A program made the position numbers and the translations under genes. From positions 3,776,001-3,840,000 of the forward strand of contig OZ250150.1 in assembly GCA_965237675.1 (NCBI GenBank): 64,000 nucleotides of DNA. The letters are read 5' to 3'. Numbering within the stretch: position 1 is the stretch's first letter; each line of letters starts with the position of its first letter. This stretch comes from Candidatus Latescibacterota bacterium (GTDB lineage: Bacteria > Latescibacterota > UBA2968 > GCA-2709665). Of this stretch, positions 41,486-51,373 are shown piece by piece. A model generated the notes under the pieces. It ran no database searches. It saw nothing but the letters and a program-made list of their open reading frames with translations, and was not told the DNA's origin.

Positions 41486-44400
41486 TTATGAACAGCCGAC
41501 GGAGTTTCCACAATTCAGGCAGCGATAGCACGACCCGTTACGAACCGTAATGTGGCCGCATGTATCGCAAAAGGGAGCATCCCCCATCATCCGGGAGAGT
41601 TGGTCGTCGAGGACCACCGTTTGTGGATGCATGTGCGCCTCCGTGTGGGACGACGACCCGTTGGACGCCGGTTGTTCGGCTTTTGGCGTGGGGACAGCCG
41701 ACGGCGAAGCGCCCACCGCGTTGGCGCGCTCGGTGGATGTATCGGGACTCTGTGTTGATAGTGAAATCACTTCCGTTTCCAGATCGTGGTGGTCGTTGAT
41801 GTCGGAAGCAATATCTTCCGGTTTCACGTGGAGAAAGTCGGTTCGGCCGAGGTATTCGTAGCCGAGGACGCGGAAGATGTAATCGATGACGGAAGTTGCG
41901 AATTTGATATTCGGGTGGTCGACGGTTCCCCATGGCTCGAAACGCGTGAAGGTGAAGCCGTCTACGTATTCCTCGAGGGGTACGCCGTATTGCAGGCCCT
42001 TGGACACTGCGATGGCAAAGCAGTTCAGCATGCTGCGGAAAGGTGCGCCTTCCTTGCTCATGTCGATAAAAATTTCACCCAGGGAACCGTCCTCATATTC
42101 GCCGGTGCGCAAGTAGACTTTCTGGTTGGCCACACGCGCTTCCTGAGTGAATCCGCTTCGTCGTTTCGGGAGCCGTCTTCTTGTGGGCTGGCTTACCACC
42201 GGGACGGGCGCTGGTGTGTTCTTTCCCGTCGCCCGTCCCGCTGAATCCGTAAGCGATTCTTCGGACTCGGCGGTTTCCGCTTCGGCGTCGGTTTGGGTGG
42301 CTGTACTCAGTGGCTGAGAGAGTTTTGAACCGTCTCGATAGATGGCCACAGCCTTTAACCCCAGATTCCAGCCCTTGATGTAAAGGTCTTCAATCTCTCC
42401 GGCGGTGGTTTCGCCAGGGACGTTTACGGTTTTGGATATGGCTCCACAGATGAACTTCTGGGCGGCGGACATCATGCCGACGTGCGCCATGGGTGCAATA
42501 AAGCGTTTACCGCGTCTGCCGCATTTGTTTGCGCAGTCGAATATGGGCAGGTGTTCATCTTTGAGATGAGGCGCGCCTTCGACGGTCATTTGGCCACAGA
42601 TAAATTCGTTGGCTTCGTTGATCTGTGTATGGGTAAAGCCGAGTTCGGCAAGCAGATTGAAACCGGGTGAGGTGTACTGTTCAGGAGAGAAGCCCAGGCG
42701 TTCCATCAGGCTTTCTCCGAGAATCCAGGAGGTGAACGCAAATTCGAGTTCGAAGACGCCGGGCAGCGCTCCTTCCACTTTATTCAGATCCCCGGGACCG
42801 AAGCCTTTTGCCTTTAACGATTCGGCGTTGACGTGCGGTGCATCTTTCAGGGATAGCCTGCCGCAGAGGTAGGTCAGAATGTCCACGATTTCGCCTTCGG
42901 AATAACCGAGGCGCTCCAGGGCTTTGGGCACGGTGTGGTTGACAATTTTAAAATAACCGCCGCCGGCGAGCTTTTTGAATTTGACCAGTGCGAAGTCGGG
43001 CTCGATACCGGTGGTGTCGCAGTCCATCAGAAGGCCAATGGTGCCGGTGGGCGCAATCACTGTGGCCTGCGCATTGCGATAACCGTGTCTTTCACCCAGT
43101 TCAACCGCCATGTCCCAATCTTCCCGGGCGGCTCTGAGCAGATCGCGTGGGCAGGCGTGGGCATCGATGTTGTAGGCGGCATCCCGGTGCATGTTCATGA
43201 CGTTGAGCATGGGATCACGGTTCTTCTCGAAGCCCGGAAACGGACTCTTGTCGGCTGCCATGCGGGCCGACGCCACATAAGCCTGTCCACACATGATGGC
43301 GGTGATGGCGGCGCATATGGCCCTTGCTCCTGCGCAGTCGTAGGGCAAGCCCTGTACCATCAGAAGCGTACCCAGGTTGGCGTAACCCAGGCCGAGGGGG
43401 CGGTAATCGTGGCTGTTCCGCGCGATCTTTTGGGTGGGATAGGATGCGAAATCGACCAGAATTTCCTGGGCGATGAAAAAGAGCTTGCACGCATATCGGA
43501 AACCGGCGATGTCGAAGGTGCCATCCTTATTGAGGAACTTCATGAGGTTGATTGAAGCGAGATTGCATGCGGTGTCGTCCAGAAACATAAACTCCGAACA
43601 CGGGTTCGATCCGTAGATGCGGTCGGTGTTAGCGCATGTATGCCAGTGGTTGATGGTGGTGTCGTACTGCATGCCCGGGTCGGCGCAAGCCCAGGCAGCC
43701 GACCCTATTTGTCGCATGAGATCACGGGCTCTGTGTGTTTGGTAGACTTCACCGGTGGTGCGCAGCCGGGTGTGCCATTCGCCGTCGTCTTTGCATGCCT
43801 GCATGAATGCGTCGGTGACCCGAACCGAATTGTTGGAGTTCTGGCCGGACACGGTCTGGTAGGCTTCGCCGTTGAAGTCGGAACTGTAACCAGCCGCCAT
43901 AAGGGCGGCAACCTTCTTTTCTTCTTTGACTTTCCAATTGATGAAGTCGAGTATTTCAGGGTGGTCCATGTCCAGGCAGACCATTTTGGCGGCTCGACGT
44001 GTCGTCCCGCCCGACTTGATGGCGCCGGCGCCTTTGTCCAGCACTTCCAGAAAGGACATCAGACCCGATGAGACGCCTCCTCCGGAAAGCTTCTCCATTT
44101 TACCTCGAATCTTGGAGAAGTTGGTTCCCGTGCCGGATCCGTATTTGAAGAGTCGGACTTCACTTTTCAACAATTCAAAAATACCCATGGTGTCGTCTTG
44201 TACGGACTGGATGTAGCAGGCGGAGCACTGGGGATGGGAATAGGAGTCTTCGGTTTCAGATACACGATCCTGGTTCCAATCCCAGTGCCAGTTACCGCCG
44301 CTGCCTTGAATGCCGTATTCGTGGTACAGCCCGCAGTTGAACCAGACCGGCGAGTTGAAAGCGCCCATCTGGTGCACGAGATGGTAGGCAAGTTCCGCTT

Positions 44401-44716
44401 CGAAGGTATCCGCGTCTTCGGTTGAGTCGAAATATCCACCCTGGTCCTCTCCGGCCTTGCGGATGGTATGGGCCACCCGGTGCATCACCTGGCGCACGGA
44501 GGTCTCGTGCCCGGTTTCGGGTACGCCTCGTTTTCTGAAATATTTGGATACGACGATATCCGTTGCCAGTTGGGACCACTCGGCCGGGACTTCGGCTTGG
44601 TCCATGCGAAAGACTTCAGACCCGTCGGGGTTGGTGATAACGGATGTCTTCTTTACGTATTCGACCTGGTCCAGTGGATTCTGGACGGGTGTGGTCTGCC
44701 TGCGTTCAAGCTTCAT
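41486..44716 (-). CDS. nrdJ: Class II (adenosylcobalamin-dependent) ribonucleotide reductase
   Basis: FNSPVWFNCG, PQCSACYI, SGGTTRRAAKM, SNPCSEF, CNLASINL, IAPTGTI, GAISKTVN, YRDGSK; C-terminal TSCPD-like domain and Cys-rich tail. Confidence 0.96.
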   Translation of the reverse strand: MKLERRQTTPVQNPLDQVEYVKKTSVITNPDGSEVFRMDQAEVPAEWSQLATDIVVSKYFRKRGVPETGHETSVRQVMHRVAHTIRKAGEDQGGYFDSTEDADTFEAELAYHLVHQMGAFNSPVWFNCGLYHEYGIQGSGGNWHWDWNQDRVSETEDSYSHPQCSACYIQSVQDDTMGIFELLKSEVRLFKYGSGTGTNFSKIRGKMEKLSGGGVSSGLMSFLEVLDKGAGAIKSGGTTRRAAKMVCLDMDHPEILDFINWKVKEEKKVAALMAAGYSSDFNGEAYQTVSGQNSNNSVRVTDAFMQACKDDGEWHTRLRTTGEVYQTHRARDLMRQIGSAAWACADPGMQYDTTINHWHTCANTDRIYGSNPCSEFMFLDDTACNLASINLMKFLNKDGTFDIAGFRYACKLFFIAQEILVDFASYPTQKIARNSHDYRPLGLGYANLGTLLMVQGLPYDCAGARAICAAITAIMCGQAYVASARMAADKSPFPGFEKNRDPMLNVMNMHRDAAYNIDAHACPRDLLRAAREDWDMAVELGERHGYRNAQATVIAPTGTIGLLMDCDTTGIEPDFALVKFKKLAGGGYFKIVNHTVPKALERLGYSEGEIVDILTYLCGRLSLKDAPHVNAESLKAKGFGPGDLNKVEGALPGVFELEFAFTSWILGESLMERLGFSPEQYTSPGFNLLAELGFTHTQINEANEFICGQMTVEGAPHLKDEHLPIFDCANKCGRRGKRFIAPMAHVGMMSAAQKFICGAISKTVNVPGETTAGEIEDLYIKGWNLGLKAVAIYRDGSKLSQPLSTATQTDAEAETAESEESLTDSAGRATGKNTPAPVPVVSQPTRRRLPKRRSGFTQEARVANQKVYLRTGEYEDGSLGEIFIDMSKEGAPFRSMLNCFAIAVSKGLQYGVPLEEYVDGFTFTRFEPWGTVDHPNIKFATSVIDYIFRVLGYEYLGRTDFLHVKPEDIASDINDHHDLETEVISLSTQSPDTSTERANAVGASPSAVPTPKAEQPASNGSSSHTEAHMHPQTVVLDDQLSRMMGDAPFCDTCGHITVRNGSCYRCLNCGNSVGCS

Positions 44717-44926
44717 AGGGGGACTTCCTCCGGGTTTTTTGGAACCGATCTGAAACGGTAAAGCGAAAGGGGACGTGCCAGGTTAGATTGATGTGACGAT
44801 TCACGCCAAATTTTCCCTTCACGGTCGACACATCGAGACCGCAGGCAACAACAACGCACGCTGAAGACGCATCTGAAGGGGAAAGGCGCGTCAGGGTAAC
44901 TTTGGTAAGAGGGGAGTGTACTTTGT

Positions 44927-45391
44927 TCAGTCGCTTGCTTGAGGGGAAGTGAGTTGCCGGAGTTCCTTTTCGAAGTCGCTCAGGTCTTTGAACTGTCTGT
45001 AGACCGATGCGAAACGGACGTAAGCGACATGGTCGAGGTCTTTAAGTTCCTTAATCACCAGTTCGCCGATATCGTTGGCCTCAACCTCCCGTTCGCCGGT
45101 GCCGCTCAGACGGGCTTCGATCCGGTCTGCGATCTCTTCGAGCCGTTCCATTGAGATGGGCCGCTTGTTGCAGGCGAGATGCAACTTTGAAAAGAGTTTG
45201 TTTTTGTCGAAGCGTTCGCGACGACCATCGGATTTGACGACCATCAGCGGCGTGTCTTCGATCGATTCGTAGGTTGTAAACCGCCGACCGCAATTCAGAC
45301 ATTCCCGGCGCCTGCGGATGGCCGTTGCCTCCTTGCTGGATCTGGAGTCTACGACCTTGTCCTCCACTGTTCCACAGTAGGGACACTTCAT
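44927..45391 (-). CDS. nrdR: Transcriptional repressor NrdR
   Basis: MKCPYCG, VVDSR, IRRRRECLNCGRRFTTYE, ATP cone, VAYVRFASVY. Confidence 0.98.
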   Translation of the reverse strand: MKCPYCGTVEDKVVDSRSSKEATAIRRRRECLNCGRRFTTYESIEDTPLMVVKSDGRRERFDKNKLFSKLHLACNKRPISMERLEEIADRIEARLSGTGEREVEANDIGELVIKELKDLDHVAYVRFASVYRQFKDLSDFEKELRQLTSPQASD

Positions 45392-45429
45392 AAAAATTCT
45401 CCCATAACCTCACGGAGAGCGGGGAATAA

Positions 45430-45510
45430 GGATAGATATAGGGTCCTTGGGTTAAAGGACCCTATATTGTGGGTGCAACCATATTATAATACAAAATATT
45501 GGGTTGTCAA
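45430..45510 (-). promoter_or_regulatory. nrdR-nrdJ promoter with NrdR boxes
   Basis: Minus strand TTGACA-16 nt-TATAAT (45510-45483). NrdR-box-like 16-mers at 45458-45473 and 45490-45505 (32 bp apart), with a third candidate at 45430-45445. Confidence 0.75.
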
Positions 45511-45603
45511 GAAAAATTTCGGTGATTCGGGTCAATTGTTTCGATCACTCGTGGCAGGCGACGACAATACGATGGCTGCTCCTTTGTGTTGGTCCTCGTC
45601 CTT

Positions 45604-48033
45604 CTACGGCCGGTGTTCCTGTGGCGGATCAAGGCCTTCAAGCGCCGACACGTCGAGGTTCCGATCCTTGAAGATCAGCCTGGTGCCGGAAACGGCGGCG
45701 TGCGACAGATAAACACCGTCGGACCCGGTTCTTACGACGACGCAAATCGCATCCGTACTGAGGTCGTTGGCCCCAAACGTCCGGTAGGATCCATCTGTGA
45801 CCACGATGTGATCCACGATGCTGCCGTGCTCCACGACCAGGTAAACGGTGCCGGGCGGACCTGCGTTCTCTCCGCGTCGGATCCGTACTTTCGGAAGCGG
45901 CATGCTTTGGAAGGGATAAAGTACGACGGCGAGGTCGTTCACAAGGCCGTCGCCGGAAGTCATCAGGTCCAGAGAAGCCCACCTGATGAGCTGCCGGCCG
46001 GGAGACGCGATACCGCCGAGATGCGCCATTCCGGTTCCCTGGCGAATGGCCGGTGCATCGGGCGTGGCCACGAGCACGCCCGGCGCCTCGGTGGAAAACA
46101 CGGCGGTTCCGCCTCGCTGCAGCGGCGTGGGGGAATGTAGCATGAACGAGGCCTTTCTTGGTTCGGTTTCAGAGGAAAAGGCATCAAATACCAGGAAGTA
46201 GGGATTGGCCTGAGGATCGGGATCCACGGGCTTCATGAACAGGAAATGCCGGCGATGGCGGACGCCCAATGAGCGGTAGCCACTGTGTTCCGCGGAAAAG
46301 TAGTCCATGCCGGCCTGGCTGTTCCATATGGGATTCTCGCCTACCGCGATCTTGCGGTCGAGGTTCTTGTCGTCTATCACCAGCATATTGTGCGCCTTGG
46401 AAGTCTTGTACCACGGTCCGTGGAGCGGATCGTCGTAGCTGACGCCAATCCCCGCGTCGACGGCAAGCGCTTTACCATAGGCGAACAGCTCGAAGCTGAG
46501 GATGTCGGCGTGAGAATGCCCGCCGCCCCACGGACCGTAATTGATGATCATGTAAGGGCTGTTTCGGGTCCAATCCATTCGCATCACGGCGAATCCCGAC
46601 GGTCTGAAGTCGACCGACGTACTCGACGGCGGTTCGACGGCGTCGTCAATGCTGCCTCCCAACAGGTTTTTGGCAACCCAGAGCAGGTCCGGCCGATTGA
46701 ACGCGCGCCCGCCGTCGATAAAGATGTTGCGGTCGAACCGGCCGCGCCCGCCATCGTTGACAGCGGGCTGGGTGCCCAGGGGGCTCATCAGGTACATCCA
46801 GTGATTCAAGGTGCGTTCGAGCCGTGGCCGCAGGGCGGTCGCACGGTCGTCCTGACCTCCGAAACGCTCCAGAAGGTGGGCGAGATTTCGTGGGTCCCGG
46901 TAGACAATTTGGGAATAGCTCGACGGGCACCGCTCGGAATGGCAGCCATCTTCAAAGAAGTCCTTCGTGAGATGCTCTTCTATCCGATAAACCCCGAGTG
47001 AGACCCACCGTTCCGCCTCTTTGAATTCCGGAAGGTTGAGACCCAGTTCGGCCAGGGCATAGGCGCCCATCACCTGCCAGTTGCCCGGCCGGTAACCCTG
47101 TTTTTCCAACTCGTTCAGCCAGCGCGCCGAGCCGAGGAAGTTCTTGAGGATTCGCTCGTGGGTCCGCGCGGATAGCCGTCCTCGATTGAGGCGGTAGAAG
47201 TCCAGAAATATGCGATTCCTGGCCGATCCGAGGCCAAGTTCATACCAGATCGGATCCAGCCGCGCGATGGCGCCCACGACGTCGTCCCGTTGCTCGTACC
47301 ACTGATTGAAGAGGTCGTCGAAGGCATCCAGATATTTCGTGTCGCGCGTACTCAGGTACGCCCACAGTAAGGGTCGGGACCAACCCCAGTAGTGGAAGCC
47401 GTACTTGCCGCTTCTGCCGTAATCGGCGTTGAAATCGACGACCGCGCCGTGCTGGATGGTGACGCCGCCCCATCCCATGATGTTGTGCGCGACCACGCGA
47501 TCAGCAGTGGCGGTGTACGATCCCGGTCTGAAGGCGTTGAAGGCTTCTTCAATGGTGTAGAACGGGGTACTGACGTTGACATACGCGAATCCGGGACCCG
47601 CATCCCAGTATTTCCCCCAGGCCGCGTAGGCCGTGGCGTAGTCTCCCTGGTCGACGGCGCGCTTTACGTCCTCGAGGCCGGCCCTGTTCAGGTCCAATGC
47701 GGCAATGAGATCCGGATCGCTTATGTGCTTGATCTGCTGATCCAGGTAGGCAGGATCTTCGCGCAGGTCGGTATTCGCCTCACCGAAGGCCCCTGCAAAC
47801 AGAATGAAATCACCAAAACCGACACGTCCGTCGAGGTCCAGATCGAAACGGGCGTCGAACGTGCTGTCGGACCGGGAGGTCCCGAAGTTTCCGGCAAAGG
47901 CGACAAAGTCTTCGAAGCCCACGCGGCCGTCTCCGTTGAAGTCCCCGGGCACACCCGAATGGGCAACGGAGGACGCCAGTATGACGACCAACAACGGTCC
48001 AAGACGCTTCCATCGCAGGAATCCAGGTGTCAT
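45604..48033 (-). CDS. Secreted heparinase II/III-like polysaccharide lyase with N-terminal dockerin/EF-hand-like repeat
   Basis: Signal peptide; GDFNGDGRVGFEDF...DLDLDGRVGFGDF duplicated Ca-loop; GNWQ, DGCHSE..SSY, GHSHADILSF, HNMLVID, HRRHFLF. Start ATG 48033. Confidence 0.82.
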   Translation of the reverse strand: MTPGFLRWKRLGPLLVVILASSVAHSGVPGDFNGDGRVGFEDFVAFAGNFGTSRSDSTFDARFDLDLDGRVGFGDFILFAGAFGEANTDLREDPAYLDQQIKHISDPDLIAALDLNRAGLEDVKRAVDQGDYATAYAAWGKYWDAGPGFAYVNVSTPFYTIEEAFNAFRPGSYTATADRVVAHNIMGWGGVTIQHGAVVDFNADYGRSGKYGFHYWGWSRPLLWAYLSTRDTKYLDAFDDLFNQWYEQRDDVVGAIARLDPIWYELGLGSARNRIFLDFYRLNRGRLSARTHERILKNFLGSARWLNELEKQGYRPGNWQVMGAYALAELGLNLPEFKEAERWVSLGVYRIEEHLTKDFFEDGCHSERCPSSYSQIVYRDPRNLAHLLERFGGQDDRATALRPRLERTLNHWMYLMSPLGTQPAVNDGGRGRFDRNIFIDGGRAFNRPDLLWVAKNLLGGSIDDAVEPPSSTSVDFRPSGFAVMRMDWTRNSPYMIINYGPWGGGHSHADILSFELFAYGKALAVDAGIGVSYDDPLHGPWYKTSKAHNMLVIDDKNLDRKIAVGENPIWNSQAGMDYFSAEHSGYRSLGVRHRRHFLFMKPVDPDPQANPYFLVFDAFSSETEPRKASFMLHSPTPLQRGGTAVFSTEAPGVLVATPDAPAIRQGTGMAHLGGIASPGRQLIRWASLDLMTSGDGLVNDLAVVLYPFQSMPLPKVRIRRGENAGPPGTVYLVVEHGSIVDHIVVTDGSYRTFGANDLSTDAICVVVRTGSDGVYLSHAAVSGTRLIFKDRNLDVSALEGLDPPQEHRP

Positions 48034-48345
48034 CTTGTACTCCAGTAGAGAAGTCAAACGGGATTTGAAACGAAACCACGCGCGAAGCAGGGTAGGGGAG
48101 TCACACGATCCCAAGGTCGTTGCGGACTCGACCGCGCGCAAACGACACGGCCTCTCGCGCCTGCCGTTTCACGTGGTCGGGAAGGCGTCGATAGGCATCC
48201 CAGAAGTTTTTCTGTGCGAGCGGACGCACGCCTATAGTTCTTCCAGATTAATAGGTTGAGTTAGTCCTTCTCGGTGCGTTGACAGAGCCTCATCGGCCAG
48301 CCGCTCTGGCAACTCCACAGATTCGAAAAGGGGGACAGAAGCATA

Positions 48346-48588
48346 TCAGACGGCTGCCAGAACCGTTCTGGCGTGTGTGAGGTCCGTGTTGGTCACGGGA
48401 CGCCCCTGTGACGGCAACACCGTCGCGATGGCCACTGTGTCGCCATCGAGGGACATGAACTCCACAACAAGGGCTTCTTCATCCGGATGGATATGGATGA
48501 TGGTGCCTACGTCGCCCGATTTCAGTTCTTCCCCTTCGTCACCGAATACATCGGCAGTGAGCACAATCTGCTCATGTTCCTTGAACAC
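48346..48588 (-). CDS. DUF4926-like small protein
   Basis: MFKEHEQIVL..D...LKSGDVGTIIHIH....LVVEF..DGDTVAIATV; typical partner of a DUF6883-like gene. Confidence 0.75.
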   Translation of the reverse strand: MFKEHEQIVLTADVFGDEGEELKSGDVGTIIHIHPDEEALVVEFMSLDGDTVAIATVLPSQGRPVTNTDLTHARTVLAAV

Positions 48589-48591
48589 CTC

Positions 48592-48928
48592 TCACCTCCT
48601 GTGCGGGTGCGCCGTAATAAACCTGGATTAGTCGCTCCCAAGGTCAATATGCCAGACGGTCCTGACTCGTGGATTGCGTCCGTCACGTCTCTATTGCGCC
48701 GTCCACATGATAACGCGGTCCGTATGCGGTCTCTACAATCCGGGCGACCTCATGGGATGGCGCTTGAACTCTCAATGCCGCAGCGAAGTCCTCCCAGCGA
48801 TCTTTGCTGAATCCAAATCCGAGAAAGAAATCTGCCTTCGTTCTGCCGCGCGGATTGACGGTCGATAGCAGATAATCCGTAATTTTCTGCCGGTCGATCC
48901 GAGCTAGATGTGCATTGGGCAGCCTCAA
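48592..48928 (-). pseudogene. DUF6883-like protein, frameshifted and with a nonsense codon
   Basis: MRLPNAHLARID..KITDYLL....PRGRTKA.FF stops at ET-TGA. The expected tail DGRNPRVRTVWHIDLGSD*SRFITAHP continues in another frame and contains a TAA. Confidence 0.75.
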
Positions 48929-49013
48929 TCACGATCTCCTTGTCTTGCCGCTTCACAGTGATAAATGCTGTTCAACCCAGGCCCATGCGACATCTTGATG
49001 ACGCTGGCCACTG

Positions 49014-49197
49014 AAAGGCGGCGAGCGGTTTGCCTCTCAACTCATATACCGTGATGACGAAGACCTGATCCGGCTTGCGGTCGGGCACATAGATGACCCG
49101 GAGGTATCGTCCGCCAGAAGTCCGCCCGACCACAATGCGTGACCCTCTCGACCGGGCGGGTCTTCACCACGTGACGCGTGCCACGTCATACCTCCAT
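49014..49197 (-). pseudogene. Decayed BrnT/DUF4258-like (RelE-fold) toxin gene
   Basis: Manual translation: MEV-TGA, then GEDPPGREG, a frameshift, then SRIVVGRTSGGRYLRVIYVPDRKPDQVFVITVYELRGKPLAAF, matching the G.T..GRYLRVIY...VFVITAY pattern. Confidence 0.6.
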
Positions 49198-49739
49198 GTT
49201 ACAGCTTGTCATAGCTCCCGAACCAGGCTATCCATCATTGAACACGCATCGTTTGCCGGGGTCCGTCGGGCTCGTTGCTTCTCCTTTCACGATCCCCTGT
49301 TCGATCATGGCTAGCATGTCTTGCTGTAGTGACCGGCAATTGTTGCCTGCGTTCAATCGCCGAGACATCAAGGGAGGAAATCTAAGACATTATCGGGACA
49401 TTGTGTAAGATTGGTAAAGTTGCCGTATCTGATATATTACACGATACAGGGGTTTGTCAATAGCATTCCAATCGTGGGACGTTACAGGGTCCGCAGAAAG
49501 TCGCGTAATTGGTTCGTGGCCACGGTTGAGTCACCCCCATGAGAACCGCTACGTTCATTTGGTTTCTTGGCCTAACGTCGACGAGAATCCAATCCTTCTG
49601 GAAGAAATTCCAATATGCATTGGACATGTCGCCAATCACGTCCGGATTCAGGCAGGTGTCGGGCTCGTGAAAACGAATGGTCACATGTTTGTAAGCAATC
49701 AGAATAGCACGGCAGGGATGGTCCGGGTTTGTCCCGCGT

Positions 49740-50972
49740 TCAAGCCGACGGACCGGCTTTCTTCTCGAAAACAGTGTTCCAATTGGTGCGCCCGGTGAAC
49801 TGCATTGCCGCAAACAGGGTGGCTATGCACAACATGGTAATAGCCAGGCCGGTATACCCGGAAAAGAAAAACGTGTAGGAGAAGAGCACCAGGTAGATGA
49901 ACTGGCCCACGCCGATTTCTACGAAGGCCAGGCGCGCGCCCAGGACCAGTCGCATGTACGATGTGACGAGGAAAATCGAGACCGCGGAGGCGAGTACAAA
50001 CGCGTAGTGGATAAGCAAGTGGTCGACCAGGTAGGCCAGCATCAGGTGGAAGCTGAAGAAGGCGGCCCCGATGAAGGAATAGTGCATCGGGTGCAGGTCG
50101 AGGCGGCGCACGGTGGTGAAAATGAAGAGCAGGAAGAAGAACAGGAACAGGGAGATCGGGGCCGCGAACACGACCTGCCTGACCCAGGGGCCGGGGTTGA
50201 GCCGGGCGGGCATGATCATCCCCAGATCGACCCCGGTGAGGAGATGGTCGTAACGCCACTTCAGGGTCAAGGCGTCGCCGTCGCGGGCCTTGGAGGTGGG
50301 GGATACGCTGTCTGCGGGAAAGTCGATGGCGGCGAAATCAGTGCGCATCACCAATTCGAAGTCCGACACCTGGTTGACATCCTTGCCAAAACTGTAGCGC
50401 CACTGGTCCAGTCCCTGGGAGCGGTAGGACACGTGGACGGGAAGTTCCTGGCCGGGCGCAAGATCGACGGGTTGGACCAGATGGCCGGCGAGGATCGGGA
50501 CATCGGAGATGCGAAAGCTGTCGACACTCACGGTAAAATCATCGTACACGGCGCGATGGGCGGGCAGTTCCAGATCGAAATACAGGGTCAGGCTCTGGTC
50601 GGTAGGGTTGGATAGGGTGTACGTGGAGGCGAATTGGACCTGGTAGGTGGAGTACCACAGCAAGCCCTTGCGGCGATGCCCAAGGGAAAGGTCGACTTCA
50701 ATGCGGCTGGCCTCGAGGCTCAGGAAGCGTTTTTCGTCTGCTGTGCGCGAGATGGACTCGCCTTCAGAGCTGGTTTCAATGCGGTTGACGCGATTCAGGC
50801 GGTAGATTTGCGGGGCCTGCTGGGTCTGGGCCGTACCCCAGAGTTGTCCCACGGCGTCTTTGAGCTTGTCGTCCTGTCTCATCGTGCGCAGGTGGATGGT
50901 CTGGCCCAGAATGAGCCACGCGACTGATATACACAAAAAGATGAAGCCGATGGCGGCAATGCGTTGGACCAT
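49740..50972 (-). CDS. CreD-like inner membrane protein
   Basis: N-terminal TM, periplasmic domain with RRKGLLWY, about six C-terminal TMs with LHPMHY..IG..FF.FHL.L.YL.DH. Confidence 0.75.
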   Translation of the reverse strand: MVQRIAAIGFIFLCISVAWLILGQTIHLRTMRQDDKLKDAVGQLWGTAQTQQAPQIYRLNRVNRIETSSEGESISRTADEKRFLSLEASRIEVDLSLGHRRKGLLWYSTYQVQFASTYTLSNPTDQSLTLYFDLELPAHRAVYDDFTVSVDSFRISDVPILAGHLVQPVDLAPGQELPVHVSYRSQGLDQWRYSFGKDVNQVSDFELVMRTDFAAIDFPADSVSPTSKARDGDALTLKWRYDHLLTGVDLGMIMPARLNPGPWVRQVVFAAPISLFLFFFLLFIFTTVRRLDLHPMHYSFIGAAFFSFHLMLAYLVDHLLIHYAFVLASAVSIFLVTSYMRLVLGARLAFVEIGVGQFIYLVLFSYTFFFSGYTGLAITMLCIATLFAAMQFTGRTNWNTVFEKKAGPSA

Positions 50973-51373
50973 TACACCTCCCGAATTTAGAGATGAATAA
51001 GGACTTTATGTTGAACGCATCGCCTGGTGTTCCGTTCCGGAAATAGATTGCCGAAATTCGGCCGATCAGAAGCCGCAAAAACAGCTATCAGCTCTCAGCC
51101 GTCAGCTTGAACCAAAAACCCAAACAGTTGACATCAGCGCCGTGAAGAGACGAGACCAGAACGGGCGCAGCGAGACGGGATGTATCGGCGCCTGCCTGTG
51201 CGTGCAGCCTCACGCACGCAGACAGGGATGAATGGTAACATATTTCTGGGACGGGACACTAAACCGGAGTTCCATCGATACCTGCTGCGTGCTGTCCGCT
51301 GATCATGGAGTCGCCCATGGCGTATACTGAAGTTTAACGGAGTCTTCATAAAGCCGATGCCGTGCATCCCATT

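Noticed and set aside
41486-44716. Intein or intron in nrdJ
   Set aside because: Catalytic motifs are contiguous. The low-complexity linkers lack intein splice-junction or LAGLIDADG motifs.
44717-44926. Cobalamin riboswitch before nrdJ (also sought before the TonB receptor, 54165-54569)
   Set aside because: No B12-box or other conserved core elements could be found by eye.
48683-48685. TGA ending the DUF6883-like ORF as a third selenocysteine site
   Set aside because: The homolog-like continuation is in a different frame and contains a TAA, and there is no Cys-type context. A frameshift explains it.
49330-49739. ORFs 49454..49798 and 49457..49813
   Set aside because: No motifs, they overlap the CreD-like gene end, and the region looks non-coding or decayed.
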